From: an uncultured Candidatus Saccharibacteria bacterium
GTDB lineage: Bacteria > Patescibacteriota > Saccharimonadia > Saccharimonadales > Saccharimonadaceae
DNA length: 64,000 nt
Assembly: GCA_963546435.1 (NCBI GenBank)
Contig: CAUUMU010000001.1
Location: 231-64,230 of the forward strand
Direction: 5' to 3'
In this document: positions 9,556-19,268 of the stretch, piece after piece
Layout of the letters: each line of letters opens with the position of its first letter
Position numbering within the stretch: the first letter of the stretch is position 1
The notes under the pieces: generated by a model
What the model was told of the DNA's origin: nothing
Database searches by the model: none
What the model saw: the letters and a program-made list of their open reading frames with translations, nothing else
Program-made: the position numbers and the translations under genes

Positions 9556-9584
9556 ATTATAGCAAGCATTTGACAACATGTCAA
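9556..9584 (-). promoter_or_regulatory. consensus sigma70 promoter
   Basis: Minus strand TTGACA-N17-TATAAT with extended TG. Confidence 0.85.
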
Positions 9585-9604
9585 TACTTTTTATCACAAA
9601 AGTC

Positions 9605-10474
9605 ATGGCAATCAATAGAATCCGTCCAGATGAGCATATTTTTACCCAGAGGTTGGCAAGTATTGCTAATCCGCCGAAAAGCTTGTGTTTCATGGGAACA
9701 TTGCCGACTGCTAGTGCGCCGGTCGTGGCCATCGTCGGCTCGCGCAAACCCTCGGCGTACGGTCGGAAAGTGACTGAGCAGCTGGCGAGCGACCTGGCAA
9801 CAGCCGGCTGCATCATCGTCAGCGGCCTAGCGCTCGGTATCGACGGCATCGCCCAAAAGGCCGCCCTCAAGGCTGGCGGCACAGTCATCGGCGTCATCCC
9901 CAATGAACTACCTGACATCTCGCCGCAAACCAATTACAAATTAGCCATGAACATCATCGAAAATGGCGGCGCTATTCTGTCTGAATGGAAAAAGGGCGAC
10001 GGTAAAATTGTCAATCGCTGGAGCTTTTTAGAGCGCAACCGCTTGGTATCAGGACTAGCCGACGCCGTCATCATCACTGAGGCGGCCGAGCGCAGCGGCA
10101 CGCTGAATACCGCTGCCCACGCCTTGTCCCAAGGCCGCGACGTCTTTGCCGTGCCGGGTAACATCACCAGCCCGCTATCTGCCGGCTGCAACACGCTGCT
10201 CAAACAGGGTGCTTATCCCGTCACCGAAGCCAAAGATGTCCTGCACATAATCGCGCCGGAACAATTGAAAAAATCAGACCAAAACCAATTACCGCTCGGC
10301 AGCTCGCCGGAAGAAACGATCATCATCAACCTGATAGCCAGTGGCGTCCGCAGCGGCGACCAATTACAACAACAATCCGGCCTCACCCCAGCCGACTTCG
10401 CCACGGCACTAACCATGCTAGAAATCAACGGCGTAGTTAAACCGCTTGGGGCGAATAACTGGACTCTTAACTAG
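9605..10474 (+). CDS. dprA: DNA-processing protein DprA
   Basis: AIVGSR, VSGLALGIDG, RNRLVSGL, EAAERSG, AVPG motifs; C-terminal winged helix. Confidence 0.95.
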   Translation: MAINRIRPDEHIFTQRLASIANPPKSLCFMGTLPTASAPVVAIVGSRKPSAYGRKVTEQLASDLATAGCIIVSGLALGIDGIAQKAALKAGGTVIGVIPNELPDISPQTNYKLAMNIIENGGAILSEWKKGDGKIVNRWSFLERNRLVSGLADAVIITEAAERSGTLNTAAHALSQGRDVFAVPGNITSPLSAGCNTLLKQGAYPVTEAKDVLHIIAPEQLKKSDQNQLPLGSSPEETIIINLIASGVRSGDQLQQQSGLTPADFATALTMLEINGVVKPLGANNWTLN

Positions 10475-10531
10475 TGTCAACAATGCGTCTATGCTTGTAA
10501 CATTATCTACTACGATGCTATGCTAGTCCCA

Positions 10532-11209
10532 ATGAGGAGAGAATTATCAAGGCCCAATACAACCATTGAAACGTGCCATAATCCAGACACCCCTATCGAC
10601 CAAGAGGTATCAGACGACATACTCACGCTACCCAATATCGTTACTACAGTAGGTGGACTATGCAGCATATACGGCATCCGAAACGCTGACACCATTAAGG
10701 GTATCGCCGCCTTGATCATTGGCGAACTGTCAGACAAGGCTGATGGAACACTAGCGAGACGCCTCCATCAGCAATCAAAACTCGGTATCAAGCTTGACCC
10801 CATCAGAGATAAAGTGGTCGCCGCCACTGCGCTCCTAAAGATAGTAGAAGATGGTCTCGCCTCAAAGACTGTCGTTGCATCTATGACCAGCCTCGAGGCG
10901 ACCAAAGCAATAGCCACGCTCATAGCAGAACACAAGCACCGCCAGCTCCCCGACCAAGCCGAACCACTCCGACCAACACAGGTTGGCCGCATCAGTGGCG
11001 CCCTCGTGTCGACCGCGACATCATTATACATACTCAGCGGCTCAGCAAGGTCGTTTGGCCACGAGAAAACAGCAAAGCTACTCCGTGGCCTCGGTGACGG
11101 AGTATCTGAAGTATATTTACCAATTGCCGGCCTAGCAGCCGCTCAATATATAATACGTGCCGCCAAACTCAGTAAGCGAGTCAGGGAAGAAACGCGCCAA
11201 CAGCAATAA
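10532..11209 (+). CDS. CDP-alcohol phosphatidyltransferase-family protein
   Basis: TLPNIVT and DKADGTLAR...SKLG..LDPIRDK signature. Confidence 0.8.
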   Translation: MRRELSRPNTTIETCHNPDTPIDQEVSDDILTLPNIVTTVGGLCSIYGIRNADTIKGIAALIIGELSDKADGTLARRLHQQSKLGIKLDPIRDKVVAATALLKIVEDGLASKTVVASMTSLEATKAIATLIAEHKHRQLPDQAEPLRPTQVGRISGALVSTATSLYILSGSARSFGHEKTAKLLRGLGDGVSEVYLPIAGLAAAQYIIRAAKLSKRVREETRQQQ

Positions 11210-11275
11210 GAGACCCTCACACCCAAACACCCTCGGCGGTTGTGGTTGCGAGGTGATTTGATATAATATAGAGTT

Positions 11276-13858
11276 ATGAAAAATCTCGTCATCGTCGAGT
11301 CACCGGCCAAAGCTAAGACCATTGAGAAATACTTGGGCAAGGATTTTCATGTCTTATCAAGCGTGGGGCACATCCGCTCGATTGTCAAAAAAACCAAGGA
11401 CGGCACGCCGCCGATTGATGTGGCGAATGATTTTTTTGCCGTCTATGAAGTCGATCCTGAGAAAAAGAAAGTCATCAGCGAGCTAAAGAAAAACGTCAAG
11501 GCCGTCGGCAAAGATAACGTCTGGCTGGCCACCGATGAAGACCGCGAAGGGGAGGCTATCGCCTGGCACCTCTGTAAAGTGTTGGATTTGCCGGTTGAGA
11601 CGACCAAGCGCATCGTCTTTCACGAGATCACCAAGGATGCCATCACCAATGCTATCAAGAACCCGCGCACCGTTGATATGAATCTGGTGCAGGCCCAGCA
11701 GGCGCGGCAAATCCTCGACCGATTGGTTGGTTTTGAGCTTAGTCCCGTGGTTTGGCAAAAGGTGCCGGGCGGCAAGTCAGCCGGCCGCGTCCAGAGCCCG
11801 GCAGTACGGCTACTGGTCGAACGCGAACGAGAAATTATGAAGTTCGAGGGCAGCTCACAGTTTAAGGTGACCGCCATATTCATCCACGACAATCAAGAAT
11901 TCAAAGCCGAGCTTAACCAAAAATTTGACTCCGAAGCAGCCGCTCACGAATTCTTAAATAGCCTCAAGCTAGCCACGTTCACCGTCAGCGACATCTCGAA
12001 GACGCCCGGCAGCCGCAACCCAGCCGCGCCGTTTACGACGTCAACCTTGCAGCAGGAAGCCAACGCCAAGCTCGGCTTTAGCTCCAAAGCTACCATGGCG
12101 TCGGCCCAACGGCTCTACCAAGACGGTAAAATCACCTACATGCGTACCGACTCGGTCAATTTGAGCGGGCAGGCTATCGCCAGCGCCACTGATTTTATCA
12201 AGCGGTTGTACGGCCCGGATTACTCTACCGTCCGCAAGTTTAAGACCAAATCCGCCTCAGCCCAAGAAGCCCACGAAGCCATCCGCCCGACCGACATCAC
12301 CCGCGAAACCGTCACCTCAAACGAGTACGACCAAAAACTCTACGACCTCATCCGTCGCCGCACCCTGGCATCACAAATGTCGGCAGCGAAATTAGAGAAA
12401 ACCACGGTGGTAATTTCTATCGAGAAAGCGCTCGTTTCACCATCCTCCTCCAGAGTACACTCTTCACTCGCATCTCCACCGGAGATGGCTCGTGAGCGTT
12501 CGGCTGAAACGTCCGCTCCTCGCGAACGTTTCACAGCCTCTGTCGGAGGAGATGAAACGAGCAGCACCAACTCGACCGATCAGCTGGAGCCTCGAGCGAC
12601 ATCTCAGAAAAAATCTGGGGTTGTCTCGGGTCCCGGATTATTTTCTGACGATGTCCGAGAGACAGCCGTGACAGATCTTTATTTCGAAGCCAAAGGCGAA
12701 GTCATCACCTTTGACGGCTTCTTGCGTGTGTACGGCGGCGGCAAAGACGAAATCTTGCCAAAGCTCCACACCGGCGACACACTCGAAACCCACGACATCA
12801 CCGCCCGCCAAACCTTCGCCCGACCACCAGCCCGCTATACCGAAGGTTCACTGGTTAAGAAACTCGAAGACCTCGGCATTGGCCGGCCAAGCACCTACGC
12901 CACCATCATCGACACCGTGCAAACCCGCGGCTACGTTGAAAAAGGCGACAGCGAAGGCAAACCTCGTGACGTCATCGTCCTCAGTTACAACGGCGAAGAA
13001 GTCAGCCGCGACGTCGTCCAGGAAAAAACCGGTTCCACCCGCGGCAAACTGATTCCAACACCGAGCGGGGAACTAATCGCTGACTTTTTAACCGACCATT
13101 TCACGCAAATCGTTGATTATGATTTTACCGCCAATGTCGAGACTGAATTTGATAAAATCGCTGCTGCCGACCTGGCTAAAAGTACCATGCTCCACGGATT
13201 TTACACGCCGTTTCACAAACTGATCGAACAATCAGGCGGCATCGACCGCAGTAAAGTCGGCGCCAACCGTGAAGTCGGCATCGATCCAAAATCCGGCAAG
13301 CCAATCCTGGCGCGCTTTGGCCGCTTTGGCCCGATGTTGCAGCTGGGCGCCACCGATGACGAAGGCAAGCCGCGCTTTGCGCCGCTACCAAAAGGTGCAA
13401 AAATTGAAACGGTCACCCTAGAGCAGGCACTAGAAATGTTCAAGCTGCCGCGCGTCGTTGGCCAAACCGAAGACGGGCAAGACATCAAAGCCAATATCGG
13501 CCGCTTTGGCCCGTACATCCAAGTCGGCAAGCTCTTCGTCTCCATCAAGCCTGAAGACCCGCACACCATTACTCTAGAGACAGCTCGCGAACTCTACGCC
13601 GCCAAACTCCAGGCCGAAGCCGAGAAGAATATCGCTGACTTTGGTGATGGCGTCAAGGTCCTCAACGGTCGCTTTGGCCCGTACATCACCGACGGCACCA
13701 AAAACGCCAAGATCCCCAAAGACACCGACCCGAAATCGATTACCCACGAACAGGCGCTTGAATTCTTGAAGGTCGCCCCCGCCAAGCCCGCCCGCCGCGG
13801 CCGCTCCTCAGCCAAACCATCCAAATCCCCGAGGAAAAGCAGCCGCTCAAAGAAGTAA
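11276..13858 (+). CDS. topA: DNA topoisomerase I with in-frame insertion
   Basis: LVIVESPAKAKTI, ATDEDREGE, SAGRVQS, ITYMRTDS, GIGRPSTY; C-terminal GRFGP repeats. Confidence 0.97.
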   Translation: MKNLVIVESPAKAKTIEKYLGKDFHVLSSVGHIRSIVKKTKDGTPPIDVANDFFAVYEVDPEKKKVISELKKNVKAVGKDNVWLATDEDREGEAIAWHLCKVLDLPVETTKRIVFHEITKDAITNAIKNPRTVDMNLVQAQQARQILDRLVGFELSPVVWQKVPGGKSAGRVQSPAVRLLVEREREIMKFEGSSQFKVTAIFIHDNQEFKAELNQKFDSEAAAHEFLNSLKLATFTVSDISKTPGSRNPAAPFTTSTLQQEANAKLGFSSKATMASAQRLYQDGKITYMRTDSVNLSGQAIASATDFIKRLYGPDYSTVRKFKTKSASAQEAHEAIRPTDITRETVTSNEYDQKLYDLIRRRTLASQMSAAKLEKTTVVISIEKALVSPSSSRVHSSLASPPEMARERSAETSAPRERFTASVGGDETSSTNSTDQLEPRATSQKKSGVVSGPGLFSDDVRETAVTDLYFEAKGEVITFDGFLRVYGGGKDEILPKLHTGDTLETHDITARQTFARPPARYTEGSLVKKLEDLGIGRPSTYATIIDTVQTRGYVEKGDSEGKPRDVIVLSYNGEEVSRDVVQEKTGSTRGKLIPTPSGELIADFLTDHFTQIVDYDFTANVETEFDKIAAADLAKSTMLHGFYTPFHKLIEQSGGIDRSKVGANREVGIDPKSGKPILARFGRFGPMLQLGATDDEGKPRFAPLPKGAKIETVTLEQALEMFKLPRVVGQTEDGQDIKANIGRFGPYIQVGKLFVSIKPEDPHTITLETARELYAAKLQAEAEKNIADFGDGVKVLNGRFGPYITDGTKNAKIPKDTDPKSITHEQALEFLKVAPAKPARRGRSSAKPSKSPRKSSRSKK
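12430..12562. repeat. palindromic element A, in frame inside topA
   Basis: Terminal IR GCTCGTTTCA/TGAAACGAGC enclosing hairpins CATCTCC/GGAGATG and TGAAACGT/ACGTTTCA. Confidence 0.75.
12578..12677. repeat. palindromic element B, in frame inside topA
   Basis: Nested stems GACATC/GATGTC, TCAGAAAA/TTTTCTGA and AATCTGGG/CCCGGATT. Confidence 0.75.
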
Positions 13859-13955
13859 TTGACCCACAAAATAACTCAATCAAGCCACATTTTATTAGTG
13901 CTGTATAGACCACATTCCCATAATTCACAAAATTAAAAACTATCACACCATTTCA

Positions 13956-14035
13956 TTGCAAAAATTGTTAAATACATGCTATAATTATGGCGTACTATAC
14001 GACTTGCTTGACACGAAAATATTTTATTGTATAAT
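13956..14035 (+). promoter_or_regulatory. tandem sigma70 promoters
   Basis: TTGCAA-N18-TATAAT and TTGACA-N16-TATAAT. Confidence 0.65.
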
Positions 14036-14098
14036 AGCAATATCGTCATATATCAACATAACTTCTGAGGTGAGGCAGAGAGGATTTAACATAAAGCC

Positions 14099-15154
14099 AT
14101 GAGCGACACACAAGAACAGAGCGCACCAGACAAGCAGCTTCGGCAAGCGGCCGAGGATGTTTTGGCGCAGATTCCGCAGGAGCGTGAGAAAGAGATTATT
14201 AGCCGTCGCTTTGGCCTATACGGCAGCAAAGAGACGCTGGAGCAGATCGGCGATATGCTCGGAATCACTCGCGAGCGTGTCCGCCAGCTGGAGAAGGCCA
14301 TCCTCGTTCGCCTGCGCCTCTTGGTCGCCGATGGCAGTATACCAAGCGCCGCAGCTGCCGAAAAGATGGTTACCTCACACCTGTCAGAAATGGGTCGGGC
14401 GGCACCATTACATAATCTCGCCAAGCATGTCCTCGGCCGGGATGTCACCGATAGCGAACGATCACACGTCGCCTTTATCGCCGAACTCAATCCGTCGATC
14501 AACATTATCACCGAGAACGATGACTATTACCACTCAGCCATCATCGGCACGCCAAACGACGAGAAGAATATCAAGAAGCAAGTCGAAGAAATTGTCAAAG
14601 CCATCAAACAGCATGGCGAACCAGTCACCGCCGAGGAGCTACACAAAACGCTCAACTACGAGCATCCATCAAACATTGCCGCACTCGCCTCGATCAGCAA
14701 GAAACTAGCCCATCTCCGTGGTCTGTGGGGCCTGATCAAGTGGCCGCTCGTCAACCCAAAAACCATTCGTGACAAGATCTTCGTCATTCTTGATAGCAAC
14801 GGCCAGCCAATGCACTTCTCGGACATCGCTAAAGCCATCAAGGACAGCGACTTCAAACGCAAAGATGTCACTATCCAGGCCATCCACAACGAACTCATCA
14901 AGGACAAACGCTTCGTCCTGATCGGCCGCGGTATTTATGCCCTCGAATCGTGGGGTTACGCTCGCGGTACCGTCGCCGACATCATCGCCAGCGTCCTGCG
15001 TGAGGCCGGCGAGCCGCTGCACCGCGATGAAATCGTGAAGCGCGTCCTCGACAAGCGTCAAGTCAAAGAAACCACCATTCTGCTCAACTTGCAAGCCAAA
15101 CCGCAATTCCAACGCTCCGCCAAGGCCACCTACATTCTGGTCAGCGAAGCCTAA
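14099..15154 (+). CDS. sigma70 region-4 HTH fused to HARE-type (RpoE/delta-like) HTH domains
   Basis: RRFGL..ETLEQIG..GITRERVRQLE; PMHFSDI...IHNELI.DKRFVLIGRGIYAL..W. Confidence 0.8.
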   Translation: MSDTQEQSAPDKQLRQAAEDVLAQIPQEREKEIISRRFGLYGSKETLEQIGDMLGITRERVRQLEKAILVRLRLLVADGSIPSAAAAEKMVTSHLSEMGRAAPLHNLAKHVLGRDVTDSERSHVAFIAELNPSINIITENDDYYHSAIIGTPNDEKNIKKQVEEIVKAIKQHGEPVTAEELHKTLNYEHPSNIAALASISKKLAHLRGLWGLIKWPLVNPKTIRDKIFVILDSNGQPMHFSDIAKAIKDSDFKRKDVTIQAIHNELIKDKRFVLIGRGIYALESWGYARGTVADIIASVLREAGEPLHRDEIVKRVLDKRQVKETTILLNLQAKPQFQRSAKATYILVSEA

Positions 15155-15193
15155 GTTTGCATTTATCTATAAGGGGTGAGATAATGAAATAGC

Positions 15194-17878
15194 ATGGAAA
15201 TTATCTCTTCGATGATTAGTTTTTTAACGCAGTGGTACGTCTGGATACCCATCACAGCCGTGCTGTCATTCTTGACGTGGCGCAACTATCAGCGGGCCGA
15301 CGAATTCGAACCGACCGAGAGTGTGTTATTAGTACTCGAAATCCCCAAAGCCAACGACAAGAAAGAGCTGGCCGCCGAGCAATTATTCGCCAGCCTGCAC
15401 GGCATCTTGCGCGACAAACGCGAACTCAAATTATCAGGCGGGCGGCAGGAGCATATCAGCTTTGAAATCGCCTCGGTCAACGGTCAAATTCGTTTTTACG
15501 TCTGGGTACCCCGAACACTGCAAAGTTTCGTCGAGGGACAAATTTACGCCCAGTACCCAACCGTCCAAATCCACGTCGCCAGCGAAGATTACACCGAGCA
15601 TGAGCGCGAGCATTCCACCGTGTACACCACTGAGCTAACCTTGACGGCGCCAGAGTTCTTGCCAATCCGCACCTTTCAGACCTTTGAAGTCGATCCACTG
15701 GCGGGAATTACCGGTACGCTGGCCAAGCTCGAGCTGACTGGCGAGGAACTCTGGGTGCAAGTGCTCATCAGACCGATCGCCGACAGCTGGCAACAGTCCG
15801 CTGATCGCTGGATCGCTAGCGTCAAGAGTGGGCATAAACTCATCCCTGGGCTTGGCGGTGGCGGCCTGCAATGGATTGGTACGCTGCTCGAGGCTCTCTG
15901 GAAACCACCAGGCCAGGGAAGTGATGGCAAAAAAGCGCCCGAGCTATCTGAGCGTGACAAGACGCGTGTCTCTGAGGCAGAGAAGAAGGCCACTAAATTA
16001 GGCTACGACGTCAAGATCCGCCTGGCGTACCTTGGTGAAGATCAAACCAGTGCCAAGCTACATATGCAGGCGCTGGTCGGTGCTTTTAAGCAATTCAACT
16101 CAACCAACCTCAACGGCTTTCGCGCTGTCAAGGGTGCGTTCGGCAAGGAGTTTCTCGACAAGTACCGCAAGCGTGCATTTTACGGCGATGGCTACATCCT
16201 GAACATTGAGGAGCTGGCCTCCGTCTTTCACTTACCGCACACCAATGTGGAGACGCCAAACATCGTCTGGGCCAGCGCCAAAACCGCTGAACCGCCGTCC
16301 AAATTACCTGTCCTGACCGGCAGCGACGCCAACGACGACCAGATTTCCGCCTTTGGCGTCACCAATTTCCGCGGTATCAACCACCAGTTCGGCATGCTGC
16401 GCTACGACCGTTCGCGTCACGTCTACATCATCGGTCAAACCGGAGCAGGGAAGTCAGGGCTACTCGAATTATTCGCGCTCAGCGATGTCTTTCACAATCA
16501 AGGCTACGCCATCATCGACCCACACGGCGACTTCGCCATCAACAACATGAAATTTATCCCCGGCTCACGGCTGAACGACGTCGTCTATTTCAACCCGGCC
16601 GACACCGCCTATCCGCTCGGCTTCAACCCGCTGGAAGTCACCAACCCAAATCAAAAAACCAACATTTCATCAGAGGTCATCGGCGTCCTGAAGCGTATGT
16701 TTGGCGAGAGTTGGGGGCCGCGGCTAGAGTACATCTTGCGCTACACCATCCTGGCACTGCTTGACCGGCCAGAGACGACCATGCTGGACATCACTCGCAT
16801 GCTGACTGATAAAAACTTCCGCAAAGAAACGCTGGGCTATTGCCGCGACACCGTGGTCTTGCAATTCTGGAACGTCGAATTCGCCAGCTGGAATGACAAG
16901 TTCGTCGCCGAGGCGGTCGCGCCAGTCCTCAACAAAGTCGGCGCCTTTACCGCCAACCCCATCATCCGCAACATCATCGGCCAGCCCAAATCCACCTTCA
17001 ACATCCGCCAAATTATGGACGAAGGCAGAATTCTTATCGTCAATTTGTCCAAAGGCCTGATCGGTGAAGATAACGCTGCCATCCTCGGCTCATTCCTCGT
17101 CACCAAGATTCAGCTGGCTGCCATGTCGCGCTCTGATATCCCCGACATCCGCGACCGCCGCCCATTTTACCTTTACGTCGACGAGTTCCAGAACTTCGCC
17201 ACCGATTCATTTGCCACCATTCTGTCCGAAGCCCGCAAGTACGGCCTCAACCTGACCGTCGCCAACCAGTACATCTCACAGATGAACGAAACCGTGCGCG
17301 ACGCAGTCTTTGGCAACGTCGGCACTATGATCTCATTCCGCGTGTCTGCTGATGACGCACCGATTCTCGCCAAGCAATTTGAGCCGAATTTTGAAGCCGT
17401 CGACCTCTTACAGATGCACAATCGTAACTTCGTCATCAATATGGTCATCGGGGGAGAGAAGACCCCGGCTTTCTCCGCGCGCACCCTCGAGCTCCCGCCA
17501 AGCCAAGCCGACAACACGCCGCACATCATCGAACATTCACGGCGTATGTACTCGCGAAACAGGGAAGACGTCGAGCGAGAAATTGCCGCCGTCATCATGC
17601 CGCCACGCCCGCACAAGCAGCCCGCCCAGCCGCGCCCACAAGCCGTCGCCGCGGCCGCACTGGCCCGGCCCGTTCAGGCGGCCACTAGTCAACCGGTGCA
17701 GGGAACCACGGCCACTAACACCCAACACCCCGCACCACAACCTGAACCCGTCGCACCCGTCACAGACAGTGGCGAAGTCATCTTGCAAATCCGCGGCAAC
17801 AGCGCGTTTGAATCAGCAGCCACCGACACCACCACACCAAAGAAACGCCGACGACGACGGAAGAAGAGTTCGACATAA
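15194..17878 (+). CDS. VirD4/TraD/HerA-like ATPase with N-terminal TM
   Basis: Walker A GQTGAGKS, IDPHGD, Walker B LYVDEFQN, SEARKYGL, ANQY. Confidence 0.85.
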   Translation: MEIISSMISFLTQWYVWIPITAVLSFLTWRNYQRADEFEPTESVLLVLEIPKANDKKELAAEQLFASLHGILRDKRELKLSGGRQEHISFEIASVNGQIRFYVWVPRTLQSFVEGQIYAQYPTVQIHVASEDYTEHEREHSTVYTTELTLTAPEFLPIRTFQTFEVDPLAGITGTLAKLELTGEELWVQVLIRPIADSWQQSADRWIASVKSGHKLIPGLGGGGLQWIGTLLEALWKPPGQGSDGKKAPELSERDKTRVSEAEKKATKLGYDVKIRLAYLGEDQTSAKLHMQALVGAFKQFNSTNLNGFRAVKGAFGKEFLDKYRKRAFYGDGYILNIEELASVFHLPHTNVETPNIVWASAKTAEPPSKLPVLTGSDANDDQISAFGVTNFRGINHQFGMLRYDRSRHVYIIGQTGAGKSGLLELFALSDVFHNQGYAIIDPHGDFAINNMKFIPGSRLNDVVYFNPADTAYPLGFNPLEVTNPNQKTNISSEVIGVLKRMFGESWGPRLEYILRYTILALLDRPETTMLDITRMLTDKNFRKETLGYCRDTVVLQFWNVEFASWNDKFVAEAVAPVLNKVGAFTANPIIRNIIGQPKSTFNIRQIMDEGRILIVNLSKGLIGEDNAAILGSFLVTKIQLAAMSRSDIPDIRDRRPFYLYVDEFQNFATDSFATILSEARKYGLNLTVANQYISQMNETVRDAVFGNVGTMISFRVSADDAPILAKQFEPNFEAVDLLQMHNRNFVINMVIGGEKTPAFSARTLELPPSQADNTPHIIEHSRRMYSRNREDVEREIAAVIMPPRPHKQPAQPRPQAVAAAALARPVQAATSQPVQGTTATNTQHPAPQPEPVAPVTDSGEVILQIRGNSAFESAATDTTTPKKRRRRRKKSST

Positions 17879-17936
17879 GTATAATTTATGGCTTACACAC
17901 CAGAGATTCCTCTAGATCGTCTCATTATGAAAAACA

Positions 17937-18206
17937 TCAGCTACCTGCAGTATCCCGATCGTCCTGGGCATTTCTGTTTATAGAAGCACGAATAAGCTCG
18001 ATGAGTTCTTGATGCCCTTCATAATCTTCCCCCTCCTCGATACGACGCATGATTTCCGCAAATAGTTTATCGTGGAGATCACGACTTTCTTCACTTAGCT
18101 CTGGTTCAGTAGGAGTATCGTCTAGGTCCCATTCGCGTAGCGCTGAATCAACAAAAAGATCCGCCCCGCCGTCTGGAACATAGACCCTTGTTTTATCTTT
18201 TATCAT
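17937..18206 (-). CDS. small acidic hypothetical protein
   Basis: 89-aa ORF; TGcTATAAT upstream on the minus strand. Confidence 0.55.
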   Translation of the reverse strand: MIKDKTRVYVPDGGADLFVDSALREWDLDDTPTEPELSEESRDLHDKLFAEIMRRIEEGEDYEGHQELIELIRASINRNAQDDRDTAGS

Positions 18207-18360
18207 TTTTTCTTCCGAAAAGCTTCGATAACCCCATCTTATCTCCCTTTATAATTATAGCACATACGAAACGATAGGGAAGTAACCATAATTTAAACTA
18301 TGTTTAACTATAAACCCCCTTCTCAAACTAGATACAATTCAAGTTACTTGGAAATATATA

Positions 18361-18376
18361 GAACAAAAAGCGAACT
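18361..18376 (+). repeat. 16-bp exact repeat copy 1 (GAAC-N7-GAAC)
   Basis: GAACAAAAAGCGAACT, identical at 19253-19268. Confidence 0.75.
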
Positions 18377-18808
18377 TATCACATTAGCGGTTCGGGCGGC
18401 CTCAGACTACCGAGATTAACGCACGTGCAGGCTGTGTCGCCCATATATAGCAAGCCTGGATGGATAATACGGCAACGGGTACGATAACGACCAGAAGCGC
18501 TCAACCACCATAAAACATAAAACGCCGAGGTAATAAAACAAATCTAAGTTTTCAATAAATTCCGCAAAACCGCATTCGGTAGATTTATCCGTCAATCACG
18601 GTAACAGCACGGGGCGTCCAGTAAAGGGCAGTCAAAGCTAAGCTAACATTACATACAAAACAAAAAATATTATCGCGAAGAGACGATAGAGCATGCGTCT
18701 TTTCGTAGATAATTTAATGTCGCACAAGGTAGCTTTTACGTATTATAGTTATTTTGATACGTTAGACTTCAAATATCCACACTTAATATACCATTTATAA
18801 CTTTTTTC

Positions 18809-19130
18809 GCCTAACACCTCTTGCGGCGGGGGATCTCCTCCGGGTTTTCACCGCACTACGGTGAGTGCTAATACGGGATACGTTCAAGCTACCATAAACA
18901 AAACGGAGACCACGCCAACCACTTTCAAGCGATCAGGGAACTTTGGGAGACTGAGACACCAGTATTGTCTCGTCTCTCAAATAAATATCCTTACCGAACT
19001 GAACGTCGTTACGGCCTAGGCAAACTCGTAGACTTTTCCACATCACAAGGCACCCAGCACACGGGTATATGGCACTTTTGTTTGTCCACGAGGTGCGCAC
19101 GCGACAAATACGGCGTCCCGCCGGCTAGGC
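18809..19130 (+). ncRNA. candidate ~320-nt structured ncRNA
   Basis: End-to-end pairing CGGCGGG/CCCGCCG and GCCTA/TAGGC; inner ACGTTCA/TGAACGT; long hairpin 18942-18981. Confidence 0.45.
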
Positions 19131-19252
19131 TCATGACAAATATTTGACTTTTTTCTATTTTATTCCCCTGCTCTATTTTTTCCACAAGCACCCTATTTGA
19201 TTTTTTACTATTTTGATATTATAACTATGTTTTTCTTGATCCTCTGATAAAC

Positions 19253-19268
19253 GAACAAAAAGCGAACT
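19253..19268 (+). repeat. 16-bp exact repeat copy 2, directly upstream of TATAAT
   Basis: Identical to 18361-18376; flanked by IR CCTCTGAT/ATCAGAGG. Confidence 0.75.

Noticed and set aside
15194..17878. Conjugative element around the VirD4-like gene
   Set aside because: No relaxase, integrase, VirB4 or att sites in the window
18860..19050. RNase P-like words on the minus strand (GTGGAAAAGTCTAC, GTAGCTT, AAAACCCGG)
   Set aside because: Conserved GAGGAAAGUCC and ACAGAAnnCGGCUUA are not properly matched, and G-U pairs favour the other strand
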